A DNA stretch of 64,000 nucleotides from an uncultured Verrucomicrobiota bacterium. GTDB lineage: Bacteria > Verrucomicrobiota > Verrucomicrobiia > Limisphaerales > UBA1319. A program made the position numbers and the translations under genes. The DNA lies in contig CAYPCQ010000017.1 in NCBI GenBank assembly GCA_964409245.1, positions 21,765 through 85,764 on the forward strand. The letters are read 5' to 3'. The notes beneath the pieces were generated by a model. It had not been told where the DNA came from. It did no database searches and worked only from the letters and a program-made list of their open reading frames with translations. Below are positions 10,404 to 20,379 of the stretch, piece after piece (position 1 is the stretch's first letter; every line of letters starts with the position of its first letter).

Positions 10404-11321
10404 ATGTATTACTTCAAGCGTATCCTGATGCTGGCGCCGCTGCTGCTATTGATCAGCTTGATTACTTTCTTTTTGCTGCATGTGGCACCGGGAGGCCCAT
10501 TCGACAAGGACCGGAAATCTGCCTCCCCCGAAATCGAGCGGCAGCTCAATGCCAAATATCACCTGGATGAACCCTTGTGGCGGCAATACGGGCGTTTTTT
10601 AAAAGGGGCGGTTCGCGGTGACCTGGGGCCTTCGCTAAAATACCGGAACCACACCGTGGCGGACATTTTGCTGCAAGGCCTGCCGATCTCCTTGCTGTTG
10701 GGCATGCTGGCCTTCGGGGTGGCGGCAGGCATTGGCATTCCCCTCGGTTTCCACAATGCCCTGGCCCGCCGGTCCTGGCGCGGACACCTGGGCAGTTTGC
10801 TGGCCATCAGTGCTGTATGCATACCGGTGTTTGTGCTGGGACCCTTGCTGGTGATGGTGGTCGCGCTGTATTGGCGGATTTTGCCCCCGGCGCTGTGGGA
10901 ATCACCGGCCCATGTGGTTTTGCCCGCCTTGACCCTCGGCCTTTACTATTCCGGCAAGGTGGCCGGTTTGATGCGTGAAGGAATGCTGAAAACCAGGCAG
11001 GCCGAATTCATCATCACCGCCCGGGCCAAAGGGCTTCCGGAATGGAAAATTTACCTCAAGCACGCCATGCCGCTGGCGATCCTGCCGGTCGTATCTTACT
11101 CGGGTCCGTTGCTGGCCGATTTGTTGACCGGTTCCTTTGTGGTGGAAAACCTGTTTCAAATCCCGGGGATTGGAGTCTTCATGGTCAACAGCAGCCTGAA
11201 CCGGGATTACCCCATGGTGGTGGGAACGGTTTTGCTTTATGCCATCCTGCTCATGGTTTTAAACCTGCTGGTGGATTGGATCTATAGCCGGTTGGATCCC
11301 CGGGTGCAATATGAGGCTTGA
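10404..11321 (+). CDS. ABC transporter permease (OppB/DppB type)
   Basis: 305 aa. N-terminus MYYFKRILMLAPLLLLISLITFFLLHVAPGGPF and the EAA-like loop ITARAKGLPEWKIYLKHAMPLAILPVV. Confidence 0.9.
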   Translation: MYYFKRILMLAPLLLLISLITFFLLHVAPGGPFDKDRKSASPEIERQLNAKYHLDEPLWRQYGRFLKGAVRGDLGPSLKYRNHTVADILLQGLPISLLLGMLAFGVAAGIGIPLGFHNALARRSWRGHLGSLLAISAVCIPVFVLGPLLVMVVALYWRILPPALWESPAHVVLPALTLGLYYSGKVAGLMREGMLKTRQAEFIITARAKGLPEWKIYLKHAMPLAILPVVSYSGPLLADLLTGSFVVENLFQIPGIGVFMVNSSLNRDYPMVVGTVLLYAILLMVLNLLVDWIYSRLDPRVQYEA

Positions 11322-11505
11322 TGAGTTGGATGAGGCCAACACAATCGATCAGTATGAGCATCAGTATGCTGCCTCTCGCCCTTTGGAAAGCTCACTTTTT
11401 CGGAGACCGGGCTTGCCCCGAAACGGAATCCATTATGGAGTTGCCATTATCCGCATTTGTAGCATCTTGCTGGCATGAACGGCGACCCAAGTTGCGATCA
11501 TCCTT

Positions 11506-12435
11506 ATGATTGAGGTTCAAGGCCTGCAAAAGAAATACGGGGACTTCATGGCCGTCGATGGCGTCAGCTTCAAGGCCGATCCGGGTAAAATCTTCGGTTT
11601 GCTGGGACCCAACGGCGCTGGAAAAACCACCACGCTGGGTTGCATATCCGGTTTGCTGCAACCTTCGGCGGGTGTCATCAAGGTGCTTGGCTATGATCTG
11701 GCCATCGATGGGCTCCTGGCACGATGCCAATTGGGGGTGGTGCCGCAGGAACTCGCCTTGTATGAGGATCTTTCCGCTTTGGAAAACTTGTCATTCTGGG
11801 GTGGGGCATACGGGCTTCGGGGGCTCGATTTGAAGCGCCGCAGCAGGGAAATTCTGGCCGCGACCGGTTTGCTGGATCGGGCTGGGGAGAAGGTGTCGCG
11901 GTTCAGTGGCGGCATGAAACGGCGGTTGAACCTTGCTTGCGCCATGATCCACCATCCCAAGGTTTTATTATTGGATGAACCGACTGCGGGTGTGGATCCG
12001 CAATCCCGGGCCCGCCTGCTGGATCTGATCCGCGAAGAGGCCCGGCAAGGCGCCTGTGTATTATACACCACCCACTACATGGAGGAGGCGGAAAACCTGT
12101 GCGATCAACTGGCGATCATGGACAAAGGCAAAGTTATCGCCGGAGGCAGCCTTGCGGATCTTCGACAGCAAGCAGGTGAAAAGGATGTCCTCCGCCTGCA
12201 AGGTGTTTTCGACCCTCCGAGGGTCACAGAGGTCCTGCGTGGCTTTGACGAGGTGGAGGTGGTGCATGCCGATGAACAGGGGGTGCGGCTGGTTTTGCGA
12301 GATGCCTCGCGCAAGCTGCCTTTGCTGTTCCAAGCTTTGGCCCAAGCCGGGGCTGAGGTCCGGGAGACTAAAATGACGCAGCCCAACTTGGAAAGCCTCT
12401 TCATCAAGCTTACCGGCAAGGAATTGAGGGAGTAA
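11506..12435 (+). CDS. ABC transporter ATP-binding protein (ABC-2 exporter type)
   Basis: Walker A GPNGAGKTT, signature FSGGMKRRL, Walker B LLLDEPTAGVD. Confidence 0.92.
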   Translation: MIEVQGLQKKYGDFMAVDGVSFKADPGKIFGLLGPNGAGKTTTLGCISGLLQPSAGVIKVLGYDLAIDGLLARCQLGVVPQELALYEDLSALENLSFWGGAYGLRGLDLKRRSREILAATGLLDRAGEKVSRFSGGMKRRLNLACAMIHHPKVLLLDEPTAGVDPQSRARLLDLIREEARQGACVLYTTHYMEEAENLCDQLAIMDKGKVIAGGSLADLRQQAGEKDVLRLQGVFDPPRVTEVLRGFDEVEVVHADEQGVRLVLRDASRKLPLLFQALAQAGAEVRETKMTQPNLESLFIKLTGKELRE

Positions 12436-12438
12436 ACC

Positions 12439-13680
12439 ATGCATCATTGGTTGCTTGTCCTGCGCAAAGACCTGGCCCGCTACTTGAAGGATCCGCTAGC
12501 CCTGTTTCTTTGGTTTTGTCTGCCGCTGGTGGTGGGCGGCATATGCATTGTGGCCATGGGGGGGCGGTCTGGACCCGCCCCCAAAGTCCATTTACTGGTG
12601 GCGGACGAGGATGATAATCCATTGACCCGCTTCCTGCTTAACGGCCTCGGGCAGGCAGGCAATGGCGGATTGATGCAGGTGGAAAAAGTAGATCGGCAGG
12701 CAGGTCAAAAACGCATTGAAAACGGCGAGGCATCGGCATTTATGATCCTCCCCAAAGGATTTGCCCAAGCCGTGCTTAATGAGGAAAAAGTCACCGTGCC
12801 CATTCGCACCAATCCTGCCCAGTTTTTACTTCCCAAGCTGGCAGTGGAGGGGATGAAGTTGCTGGTGGAGGGGCACTTTTATTTGCACCGAATCATTGGG
12901 CAGCCTCTCAAAACAATCGCGCAAGGTCCGGCCGGCGGGGCGGCTTTGTTCGACGATCTCAGGATTTCCGCCATCAGTGTGGCCATCAACCAGGCATTTC
13001 GTGGTTTGGAAAATTACCTGATACCCCCGGTGCTGCAGTTGGAGACGAAGGTGGTGACGCCGAAACCGAGCGAAGGAATTCCCATTCGCATATTGTTCCT
13101 GCCGGGTTTTTTATTCATGGGCATCTTATTCGCGGCGCAGGGGATTGGCCTCGATATCTGGAAAGAACAGAAATCTGGCGCTTTGCAACGGATATTTACC
13201 ACTCCGGTTTCCTTGTGGGCTTTTCTGGGCGGTAAAATCCTGGCCGGGATGGTGGTAGCGATGGGGATCAGCCTCACCTGCCTCACGGCGGGAATGCTTT
13301 ACCTGGATATTCCCTTAAGCCGGCTGCCACTGGCCACCGCATGGGCCGCACTGTCCGGTTTGCTGCTGATTGCCCTGATGCTGGCGATCGTGGTGTTCGC
13401 CACCAGCGAACGGGCCGCCTCGGTGCTCAGTTTCGGCCTGGTATGGCCGCTGATGATGCTTGGGGGCAGTATGTTTCCGCTGGAAGTCATGCCGCGCTGG
13501 ATGTCCGCCATTGGACGCTGGACTCCTAATGGCTGGGCGGTGGGGCAACTCAAACTAATCCTGGCTGGCAAAGCCGCAGCCGGTCCGCTGGCGGGGGCGG
13601 CGCTGGCGGTGCTGGCCGTCAGCCTGGCGTTATTTTTTCTCGGCAAATACCGAATTCAAAGGTCGATGATCCGCTCATGA
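12439..13680 (+). CDS. ABC-2 family transporter permease
   Basis: 413 aa. One N-terminal TM, a large extracytoplasmic loop, then 5 C-terminal TMs. Starts 3 nt after the ATPase stop. Confidence 0.8.
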   Translation: MHHWLLVLRKDLARYLKDPLALFLWFCLPLVVGGICIVAMGGRSGPAPKVHLLVADEDDNPLTRFLLNGLGQAGNGGLMQVEKVDRQAGQKRIENGEASAFMILPKGFAQAVLNEEKVTVPIRTNPAQFLLPKLAVEGMKLLVEGHFYLHRIIGQPLKTIAQGPAGGAALFDDLRISAISVAINQAFRGLENYLIPPVLQLETKVVTPKPSEGIPIRILFLPGFLFMGILFAAQGIGLDIWKEQKSGALQRIFTTPVSLWAFLGGKILAGMVVAMGISLTCLTAGMLYLDIPLSRLPLATAWAALSGLLLIALMLAIVVFATSERAASVLSFGLVWPLMMLGGSMFPLEVMPRWMSAIGRWTPNGWAVGQLKLILAGKAAAGPLAGAALAVLAVSLALFFLGKYRIQRSMIRS

Positions 13681-14825
13681 ACGCCCTGCGCAATGTCTGG
13701 TTTATCGCCCGCAAGGAGATCAAGTATAACATCTGCCAGCGGGAGATGGTTCTTTGGCTGTTCATCATGCCCACGGTTTTCATCTATTTTATCGGAACCA
13801 TCACGGGCGGGGTATTCCAGAGTGCCGTGGAACCGCGCGATCTCCTGGCTCTCCAAAAGCCGGCTGACGCTGGATTCCTGGGGGATGAATTGGAGCAGCG
13901 CTTGCGGGAGAACGGTTTTGAAGTGAAATATCCCGAGCCCGCAGCTGGCATTTCCAACTTTGAACGGCAGTTGGTTTTACCGGAAAACATGACCGCCAAA
14001 ATCCTGGCGGGCGAAGGTGTCAAGGCACGGTTTGTCCGGATTGGGGAAGGTTTGGACGAAGAATACGACCGGCTCCGGGTGGGGCGCTCCGTTTATACCG
14101 TGCTGGCCGATGTGCTTGCCTGCAGCAGAATGGGCTACCCCCTGGATTCCAATTCCTTTCAAAAGCTCCGTGAACAACCTCGGGCTTTGGCTCTGGAGAT
14201 CAAGCCGGCGGGCCGGCGTCAGCAAATTCCCACCGGCTATGAACAGGCCGCACCCGGCACCATGGTCTTATTCTCCCTGATCATACTCATCATCACGGGG
14301 GCGATTTCCACAATTACGGAGCGCAAACGTGGATTGCTCAAACGCCTGGCTTCAAGCCCGCTGGCCAAGAGCGAAATACTGCTGGGAAAATGGCTGGGAC
14401 GCCTTAGCCTGGCTTTGATCCAGGTTGGCATCAGCTATGTGGCCTCCGCTTGGTTGTTCCATGTAAAATGGGGGCCACATTGGCCCATGGTTTGGGTGGT
14501 GTTATTTCTTTGGTGCGGTTTTTGCGCATCCATTGGATTGCTGCTGGGCCAGGTGATCCAGACTGAGGGGCAGGCCGTTGGCATTGGCGTGTTGTCCAGC
14601 AACGTCCTGGCGGCGCTGGGGGGATGCTGGTGGCCCATTGAAATCACCCCCGCATTCATGCAGTTGCTCGCCAAAGCCCTGCCCACCGGCTGGGCCATGG
14701 ATGCCCTGCACCAGCTCGTCAGCTTCGGCGCGCCAGCGTCAACAGTGCTGCCGCATTGCCTGGCCTTGATAGCCGCCTCCCTGGTTTTGGGATGGCTGGG
14801 TGCGCGCTGGTTCAAATACCAATAG
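13677..14825 (+). CDS. ABC-2 family transporter permease (second subunit)
   Basis: 382 aa with the same topology. ATGA start/stop overlap with the preceding permease. Confidence 0.8.
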   Translation: MNALRNVWFIARKEIKYNICQREMVLWLFIMPTVFIYFIGTITGGVFQSAVEPRDLLALQKPADAGFLGDELEQRLRENGFEVKYPEPAAGISNFERQLVLPENMTAKILAGEGVKARFVRIGEGLDEEYDRLRVGRSVYTVLADVLACSRMGYPLDSNSFQKLREQPRALALEIKPAGRRQQIPTGYEQAAPGTMVLFSLIILIITGAISTITERKRGLLKRLASSPLAKSEILLGKWLGRLSLALIQVGISYVASAWLFHVKWGPHWPMVWVVLFLWCGFCASIGLLLGQVIQTEGQAVGIGVLSSNVLAALGGCWWPIEITPAFMQLLAKALPTGWAMDALHQLVSFGAPASTVLPHCLALIAASLVLGWLGARWFKYQ

Positions 14826-14856
14826 CATCGACCCAGCCCATGGGCTGTTCCTTGGT

Positions 14857-17064
14857 TCAGCGGTTGCCGGCGGATTCAAACCGGTAATTGAAACGGCCGT
14901 TGGGGGCGGTATCGCCCTGGTCCAAGAGATCGATTATTTGGCCGGATTCCGGGAAGTTGTCAGCCCATTTGAAATCCAGCCGGACCGGTTGGATGCTTTC
15001 CGGAAGGCCGAGTAATTTTTTGGGGATGGCCAGGTGCATTTCGCTGCCGCGGGCCACCCACGGGATTTTTGTGACGGGCGCCCAATTCCAGCCGCCTGCG
15101 TTTTTTTCGAGCCATCCGGAGGAGGAATCCGACAGCCGATGGTTCAGTATAAAATCATAACCCTCCCAACCGGTTCGATGGTCGCAATCAATGTCCAGCA
15201 GCAGGGTCATCCAGTTGTTGGTGGCAGGGGCCGTAAGCGGTTGGGCGGTGCGGATGTAGAAATAAAGGTTTCCGGCATCCTGGGTGGCTTTGCAGCCCAG
15301 CAAATCATTCCGGCCGGATTGGTTCACGTAGCGGGCGCATTGGTTGAAGCCCGGAAAATCCCGGTGCTGGACGTCCCCTGCATCGTCCCTGAATTCCGGA
15401 GTTACACCGGCCCATTGGCTGAAATCGCCAGATAGTATGATCGTTTTCGGTGGGCTGGCCTGCGGATTCGGGCGAACCCCTTTGTAGCGCCGGATATAGG
15501 AAACCAGCTGGTAATAATAATTATCGCCATGGCCGCCTTTCATCGGCTCGATGTCGCGGCTGTTTTCCTGGTCGAATTCATCGACAAACATCACCGGACG
15601 CCGGACCCCATTGAACTCGTTGAAGCGGCCGGCAATCCACTCGTTCCAGCCAGTGACGAAAATGAATTGTGGATCCTGGCGTAACGCGTGTTCCCATTGC
15701 TCTGTGAAATTGAACCCGCGCTGAATGGCGCCCGGCTCGCGGCTCCAGGTTCCACCCCTGTAGCTCCGACCGAGCGCCCCGGGTTCGCTCAGGCAGCCAA
15801 GCCGGTTGCTCACGGCGTTCTGGGCCACGCCCACCGACATTTGCTCTTTCTCACCCCGGGCATTACGGAAGATATGCTGCGGGAAAACCTCGAGCCAACT
15901 CCACATATCGGGCTGGGTGGCGCCTTGGAAATAATCAGGCTGGGGTTTGCGGAAGGTGAAAAATTTTCGCATTTGGCCCACTTCCTCGGGAATGGAGGCA
16001 ATCCGCAACTGGCGATCTCCCGCAGCGGGCTGGCCATCCGCGAAGGCTTGGCCTTGGGCAAAAACATCCTGCGTATGGCTCCACCACCCGATGGTTCCGT
16101 TTGGGGCCGAGGCTTCCAGATAATACACTCCCGGCGGTTGTGGCTGGTCGAGCCGCAGTTGCAGCCAGTCGTTGTCGCGCACTCGTTCAAACCGGCGCGC
16201 TGTTATCTGTCGGCCTCCCGGGCCGGTTTCATAAAGCGTCAAAGTCACCGCGGAATTGGTGGCGGACCAGGTCGGAAAGCTGCCGCTCACCGACTCCCAA
16301 GGCTGGCTCATGGAAAAAGTTTGGCCCAGGGTGTGCCCCGGTTTTAATACCTCCGGCTGGTTTCTCGGGGAAATGGCAAGGGCGCTGTTGAGCAGTTCAG
16401 GATCCGCCAGGATCAACGGTTTTCCCTGCCAGCGGAACCAGAGATCAGGGTATAGCCCGGGGGCGTAAAGATCGCGGTAAAGTTCGCCCGCCACTTTGGC
16501 GGGATCCCAAAACGGGCAAAGAAAAGCCACTTGAGGAGTTTTGCCCCCTTGCCGCCGCACCTCCGTGAAAACCCGCAGCAGTTCCATGTAATTGGAACGA
16601 TAGGCCAGCTGGTTGGTGACGTCGAAAATGAGCACATCCACTCCGGCGTCAGCCAGCATTTGGCAATGCTTGCGCAGCACGTAGGGATCCTGTGTCTGGT
16701 AATAGCCGAAAATGGATTCGCCCCAATGATGCGGAGCGTGCAGCGGCCCCCACAAAGGACTTTCCGGCTTGTCCATGGCGGCCGGATCTTTGGACAGGAT
16801 GCGGGCGATGTCGTGAGGCCCACCCACCACATGCTGGCCCAGCCACAGGAAATAGAACATCCCCACGTAGTGATCGGACCGGACCGGACCGGCCTCGGTG
16901 AATCCGGGAAGGCGCCGTTCCAAGGCATCAGTGGCCGTCCAGGTATCGCTAAAAGTATCCCAGGCTGGCGGTTCCAACGCTCCGGGGCATTCCGGGCTGA
17001 GGAGCAGCAGGGTCCATCCGAAAATGGCCGCCAGGCGGTTTCGCCAATGTGTTTGTTGCAGCAT
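14857..17064 (-). CDS. secreted hypothetical protein, possible glycoside-hydrolase-like TIM-barrel
   Basis: 735 aa with a signal peptide. The FYFLWLGQH...HHWGESIFGYYQTQDPYVLRKHCQMLADAGVDVLIFDVTN pattern resembles uncharacterised PVC/Bacteroidota GH-like families. The function call is weak. Confidence 0.5.
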   Translation of the reverse strand: MLQQTHWRNRLAAIFGWTLLLLSPECPGALEPPAWDTFSDTWTATDALERRLPGFTEAGPVRSDHYVGMFYFLWLGQHVVGGPHDIARILSKDPAAMDKPESPLWGPLHAPHHWGESIFGYYQTQDPYVLRKHCQMLADAGVDVLIFDVTNQLAYRSNYMELLRVFTEVRRQGGKTPQVAFLCPFWDPAKVAGELYRDLYAPGLYPDLWFRWQGKPLILADPELLNSALAISPRNQPEVLKPGHTLGQTFSMSQPWESVSGSFPTWSATNSAVTLTLYETGPGGRQITARRFERVRDNDWLQLRLDQPQPPGVYYLEASAPNGTIGWWSHTQDVFAQGQAFADGQPAAGDRQLRIASIPEEVGQMRKFFTFRKPQPDYFQGATQPDMWSWLEVFPQHIFRNARGEKEQMSVGVAQNAVSNRLGCLSEPGALGRSYRGGTWSREPGAIQRGFNFTEQWEHALRQDPQFIFVTGWNEWIAGRFNEFNGVRRPVMFVDEFDQENSRDIEPMKGGHGDNYYYQLVSYIRRYKGVRPNPQASPPKTIILSGDFSQWAGVTPEFRDDAGDVQHRDFPGFNQCARYVNQSGRNDLLGCKATQDAGNLYFYIRTAQPLTAPATNNWMTLLLDIDCDHRTGWEGYDFILNHRLSDSSSGWLEKNAGGWNWAPVTKIPWVARGSEMHLAIPKKLLGLPESIQPVRLDFKWADNFPESGQIIDLLDQGDTAPNGRFNYRFESAGNR

Positions 17065-17157
17065 AGTAGAGGCATCCTGGGGGAGGGGGGCGGATAATTC
17101 AAGTTTCCAGGAGGTTGCCAGGCGGCCGCGGATGGTGCAGGATGCAGTCCAACAAAT

Positions 17158-19560
17158 ATGAAAATGGCATTACCAGGCATTCGGCATTGCATTGCAGGTT
17201 GGGCGTGGGCTTTACCGCTGGCAGCAGCGGCGGCCGCCAGCCTGCCTGTGCAAGAGAAACTTCGGGAGGTTCCTTTCACTCAGGTAAAGATTGAAGACGG
17301 TTTTTGGGCGCCCCGCCGGGCGACCAATCGCCTGGTGTCCATCCCGCACAGTCTCCAGATGCTGGAGAAAGCCGGGAACATCAAGAATTTCGAACTGGCC
17401 GCGGCGGGGGCGCGCGCAGGCTATTCCGGCCCGGTGTTCATGGATTCGGACCTTTACAAAGCCATGGAAGCGGCTGCCTATTCCCTGGCCACCGATCCCG
17501 ATCCCACCCTGGACAAACAGCTGGATGGCATCATCGCCAAAATGGCGGCCGCCCAGATGGCGGATGGTTACCTGAACACCCATTTCCAGGTGAACGCGCC
17601 GGATCAGCGCTGGACCAATCTCCGGGATTGGCACGAGCTTTATTGCGCCGGGCATATGTTCGAGGCGGCAGTGGCTCATTACCAAGCCACCGGCAAGCGG
17701 AATTTCCTGGATATCGCCACCCGGTTCGCCAATTACATCGACTCGGTATTTGGCGATGGCCCCGGCAAAAGGATGGGCTATCCGGGCCATCCGGAAATCG
17801 AACTGGCCTTGATCAAGCTCTGGCGGGCTGCCAACGATCAGCGTTATTTCAACCTGGCCCGTTTTTTTGTGGAAAACCGGGGCCGCAAGTTTTACGCCAC
17901 CGAGCACCATACCCCCCTGGAAAAATATGATGGCACCTATTGGCAGGATGATGTGCCGATCCGCGAGCACCGCCAAATCAAAGGGCACGCCGTGCGGGCG
18001 GGATACTTATTGTCTGGCACGGTGGATGTGGCCGGGGTCACCGGCGATGAAGGCCTGCTGCAAATGGTGGACCGCGTATGGCGGAACACCACGCAAAAGA
18101 GAATGTATTTAACCGGTGGCATTGGACCCTCCGCCCATAATGAAGGGTTCACAGAGGATTATGACCTGCCCAATCAGACCGCCTACCAGGAGACTTGCGC
18201 GTCGGTCGCCATGGCCTTATGGAACCACCGCCTGAATTTGTTGTATGGGGATGGCCGCTACGCCGACTTGGTAGAGCGGGCGCTTTACAATGGCATTTTG
18301 GCGGGGGTGTCGCTGGATGGCACCCGGTTTTTCTATGTCAATCCGCTTTCCAGTTCGGGCCATCATCATCGTTCGGAGTGGTTTGGGTGTGCCTGCTGCC
18401 CGCCCAATGTGGCCCGCACGTTGTCGGCCTTAGGCAACTATGTGTGCGCGCAAAGCGACACCGGCATCTGGATAAACCTGTATGTCCAAGGCCGGGTGAA
18501 TGTGAAAATGAAGGACCAGGCAGCGGCGCTGAAAGTCACCACCGATTACCCATGGGACGGGCACGTCCTGATGCAGCCGGAGCTGGAGAAACCGGCCCAA
18601 TTTGAACTGCGTTTGCGGGTGCCTGGCTGGTGTCAGCACATGGTAGTCAAAGTAAATCGCCGGGTGGTTACGCAGCCCGTATTGGATCGAGGATACCTGG
18701 TGCTGGACCGCGAATGGCATACCGGTGACAGTGTCTCGCTGAGCCTGGCCATGCCGGTGAGCCGCATTCAGGCGCACCCATCAGTAAAAGACGATGCCGG
18801 CCTGTTGGCGATCCAGCGTGGCCCGGTGGTTTATTGCCTGGAAGCGGCGGATCAGACCGAGCCAATGGCCGGCCTGGCTATTGCCCCCGATGCGGTGTTC
18901 AGCCCGGAAAAGAAAACCGACTTGCTCGGCGGAGTGATGGTTTTAAAAGGAACCGGCCTGGCGCCCCTCAGCCAGGAATGGCGGGGCAGGCTCTACCAAC
19001 CAGCCCAAGCCGACCGTAAAGTGGCGATCACAGCCATCCCATACTGCGTTTGGGATAACCGCGCCGCCGGCCCCATGCGGGTATGGCTGCCCCAGGTGGC
19101 ACCCTTGGCCAGCGTCAAAGGCCTCGAGGCCCAGGCAACCGTCACGGTTTCATTCAAGAACAGCAACGCACAACCTGAAGGCATCAACGACGGGCTTGAG
19201 CCAAAGAGTTCCGGAGATCAGCCCGCTTCCATGTGCCATTGGTGGCCGCATAAGGATTCGGCCGAATGGGTGCAATACACGTGGGCCGCTCCGCAGACAG
19301 TGTCCGGAGTGAAAGTCTATTGGTTTGATGATACCGGCCGGGGCGCCTGCCGGCTGCCTGCTTCCTGGCAGATTCTCCGCCCGGATGGCGATGCGTGGAA
19401 ACCGGTGGCCGATGGTCTCCAATACCCGGTCCAAAAAGACCGCTGGTGCGAGGTTTCCTTCCCGGCCGTCCAAACCAAGGCGCTCCGCCTGAGTGTGCGG
19501 CTGCAAAAGGACTGGGCCGCCGGTGCTCACGAATGGAAAATCGTGACTCCCGAGGACTGA
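17158..19560 (+). CDS. glycoside hydrolase family 127 (DUF1680, beta-L-arabinofuranosidase-like) with C-terminal discoidin/F5-8-C-like domain
   Basis: 800 aa. Contains ELYCAGHMFEAAVAHY, GHPEIELALIKLW and the Cys-rich GCACCPPNVARTL motif (Zn/catalytic Cys region of HypBA1-type enzymes). The C-terminal ~150 aa has an INDG...W...ALRL pattern. Confidence 0.85.
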   Translation: MKMALPGIRHCIAGWAWALPLAAAAAASLPVQEKLREVPFTQVKIEDGFWAPRRATNRLVSIPHSLQMLEKAGNIKNFELAAAGARAGYSGPVFMDSDLYKAMEAAAYSLATDPDPTLDKQLDGIIAKMAAAQMADGYLNTHFQVNAPDQRWTNLRDWHELYCAGHMFEAAVAHYQATGKRNFLDIATRFANYIDSVFGDGPGKRMGYPGHPEIELALIKLWRAANDQRYFNLARFFVENRGRKFYATEHHTPLEKYDGTYWQDDVPIREHRQIKGHAVRAGYLLSGTVDVAGVTGDEGLLQMVDRVWRNTTQKRMYLTGGIGPSAHNEGFTEDYDLPNQTAYQETCASVAMALWNHRLNLLYGDGRYADLVERALYNGILAGVSLDGTRFFYVNPLSSSGHHHRSEWFGCACCPPNVARTLSALGNYVCAQSDTGIWINLYVQGRVNVKMKDQAAALKVTTDYPWDGHVLMQPELEKPAQFELRLRVPGWCQHMVVKVNRRVVTQPVLDRGYLVLDREWHTGDSVSLSLAMPVSRIQAHPSVKDDAGLLAIQRGPVVYCLEAADQTEPMAGLAIAPDAVFSPEKKTDLLGGVMVLKGTGLAPLSQEWRGRLYQPAQADRKVAITAIPYCVWDNRAAGPMRVWLPQVAPLASVKGLEAQATVTVSFKNSNAQPEGINDGLEPKSSGDQPASMCHWWPHKDSAEWVQYTWAAPQTVSGVKVYWFDDTGRGACRLPASWQILRPDGDAWKPVADGLQYPVQKDRWCEVSFPAVQTKALRLSVRLQKDWAAGAHEWKIVTPED

Positions 19561-19572
19561 TCGGGCACCCCA

Positions 19573-20364
19573 ATGGCCATGCCCCCGATCACCCTGACCA
19601 CTGATTTCGGCAATCGCGATTGGTTCGTGGGCACCATGAAGGGGATCATTCTGGGCATCAATCCGAGTGCCACCGTCATTGACCTCACCCACGAAGTTCC
19701 TGCTGGCGATATCCGTGCGGGCGCTTTTTCCCTGGCGGCGGCTTATGGATTTTTCCCAAGCGGGACCATTCATGTCGCAATAATCGATCCGGGGGTGGGA
19801 AGCCCGCGTCCGGCGGTGGCGGTTAGAACCGCCAATTTCACGTTTGTCGGCCCCGACAACGGGGTGATGTCGTGGGCCTTGGCGCGGGAAACGATCCGAG
19901 CCATACATCGCCTGGAAAATACCCGGTACTTTCTGCCTGCGATCAGCCGGACTTTTCACGGCCGCGACGTTTTCGCCCCGGTGGCCGCGCACCTTAGCTG
20001 TGGCACAGCCATTCACCGGTTGGGGCCCCGGGCGGATCATCACCTCAAGCTGGAGTTCCCGGAACCGGTGGTGACCGGGCGCCAGATTCAAGGCGAAATC
20101 CTCCACGCCGACGTGTTCGGCAATCTGTTCACCAATGTCAACGAAGCAGTGCTCCAGGCGCAGGGTTGGCCGGCGTGGTCTGTTCACGCCCGGGGACACA
20201 AGCTTTGCGATGGCGGGCTTTTTTACGCCCAAGTGCCCAAAGGCCAGTCGATCGCTTTGATCGGTTCCACGGGCTGGATGGAGATCGCCATCAACCAAGG
20301 TTCGGCTGGGGCCAGCTTTCAACTGCATCCCGGGGACCCGGTTACCATCCAGAAAGCCGGCTGA
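19573..20364 (+). CDS. SAM hydrolase / SAM-dependent halogenase family protein (DUF62, S-adenosyl-L-methionine hydroxide adenosyltransferase)
   Basis: ITLTTDFGNRDWFVGTMKGIILG...VIDLTHEV...HVAIIDPGVGS...FVGPDNGV...FHGRDVFAPVAA. Confidence 0.85.
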   Translation: MAMPPITLTTDFGNRDWFVGTMKGIILGINPSATVIDLTHEVPAGDIRAGAFSLAAAYGFFPSGTIHVAIIDPGVGSPRPAVAVRTANFTFVGPDNGVMSWALARETIRAIHRLENTRYFLPAISRTFHGRDVFAPVAAHLSCGTAIHRLGPRADHHLKLEFPEPVVTGRQIQGEILHADVFGNLFTNVNEAVLQAQGWPAWSVHARGHKLCDGGLFYAQVPKGQSIALIGSTGWMEIAINQGSAGASFQLHPGDPVTIQKAG

Positions 20365-20379
20365 TCCGACGCCAATCCC

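Noticed and set aside
17212-17988. Long antisense ORFs inside real genes. Others are at 19150-20328, 37848-38654, 48716-49693, 56016-56738, 61687-62355 and 53584-54279.
   Set aside because: These are typical shadow ORFs of GC-rich coding DNA. They are Arg/Gly/Pro-rich, have no motifs, and each is fully covered by a motif-supported gene on the other strand.
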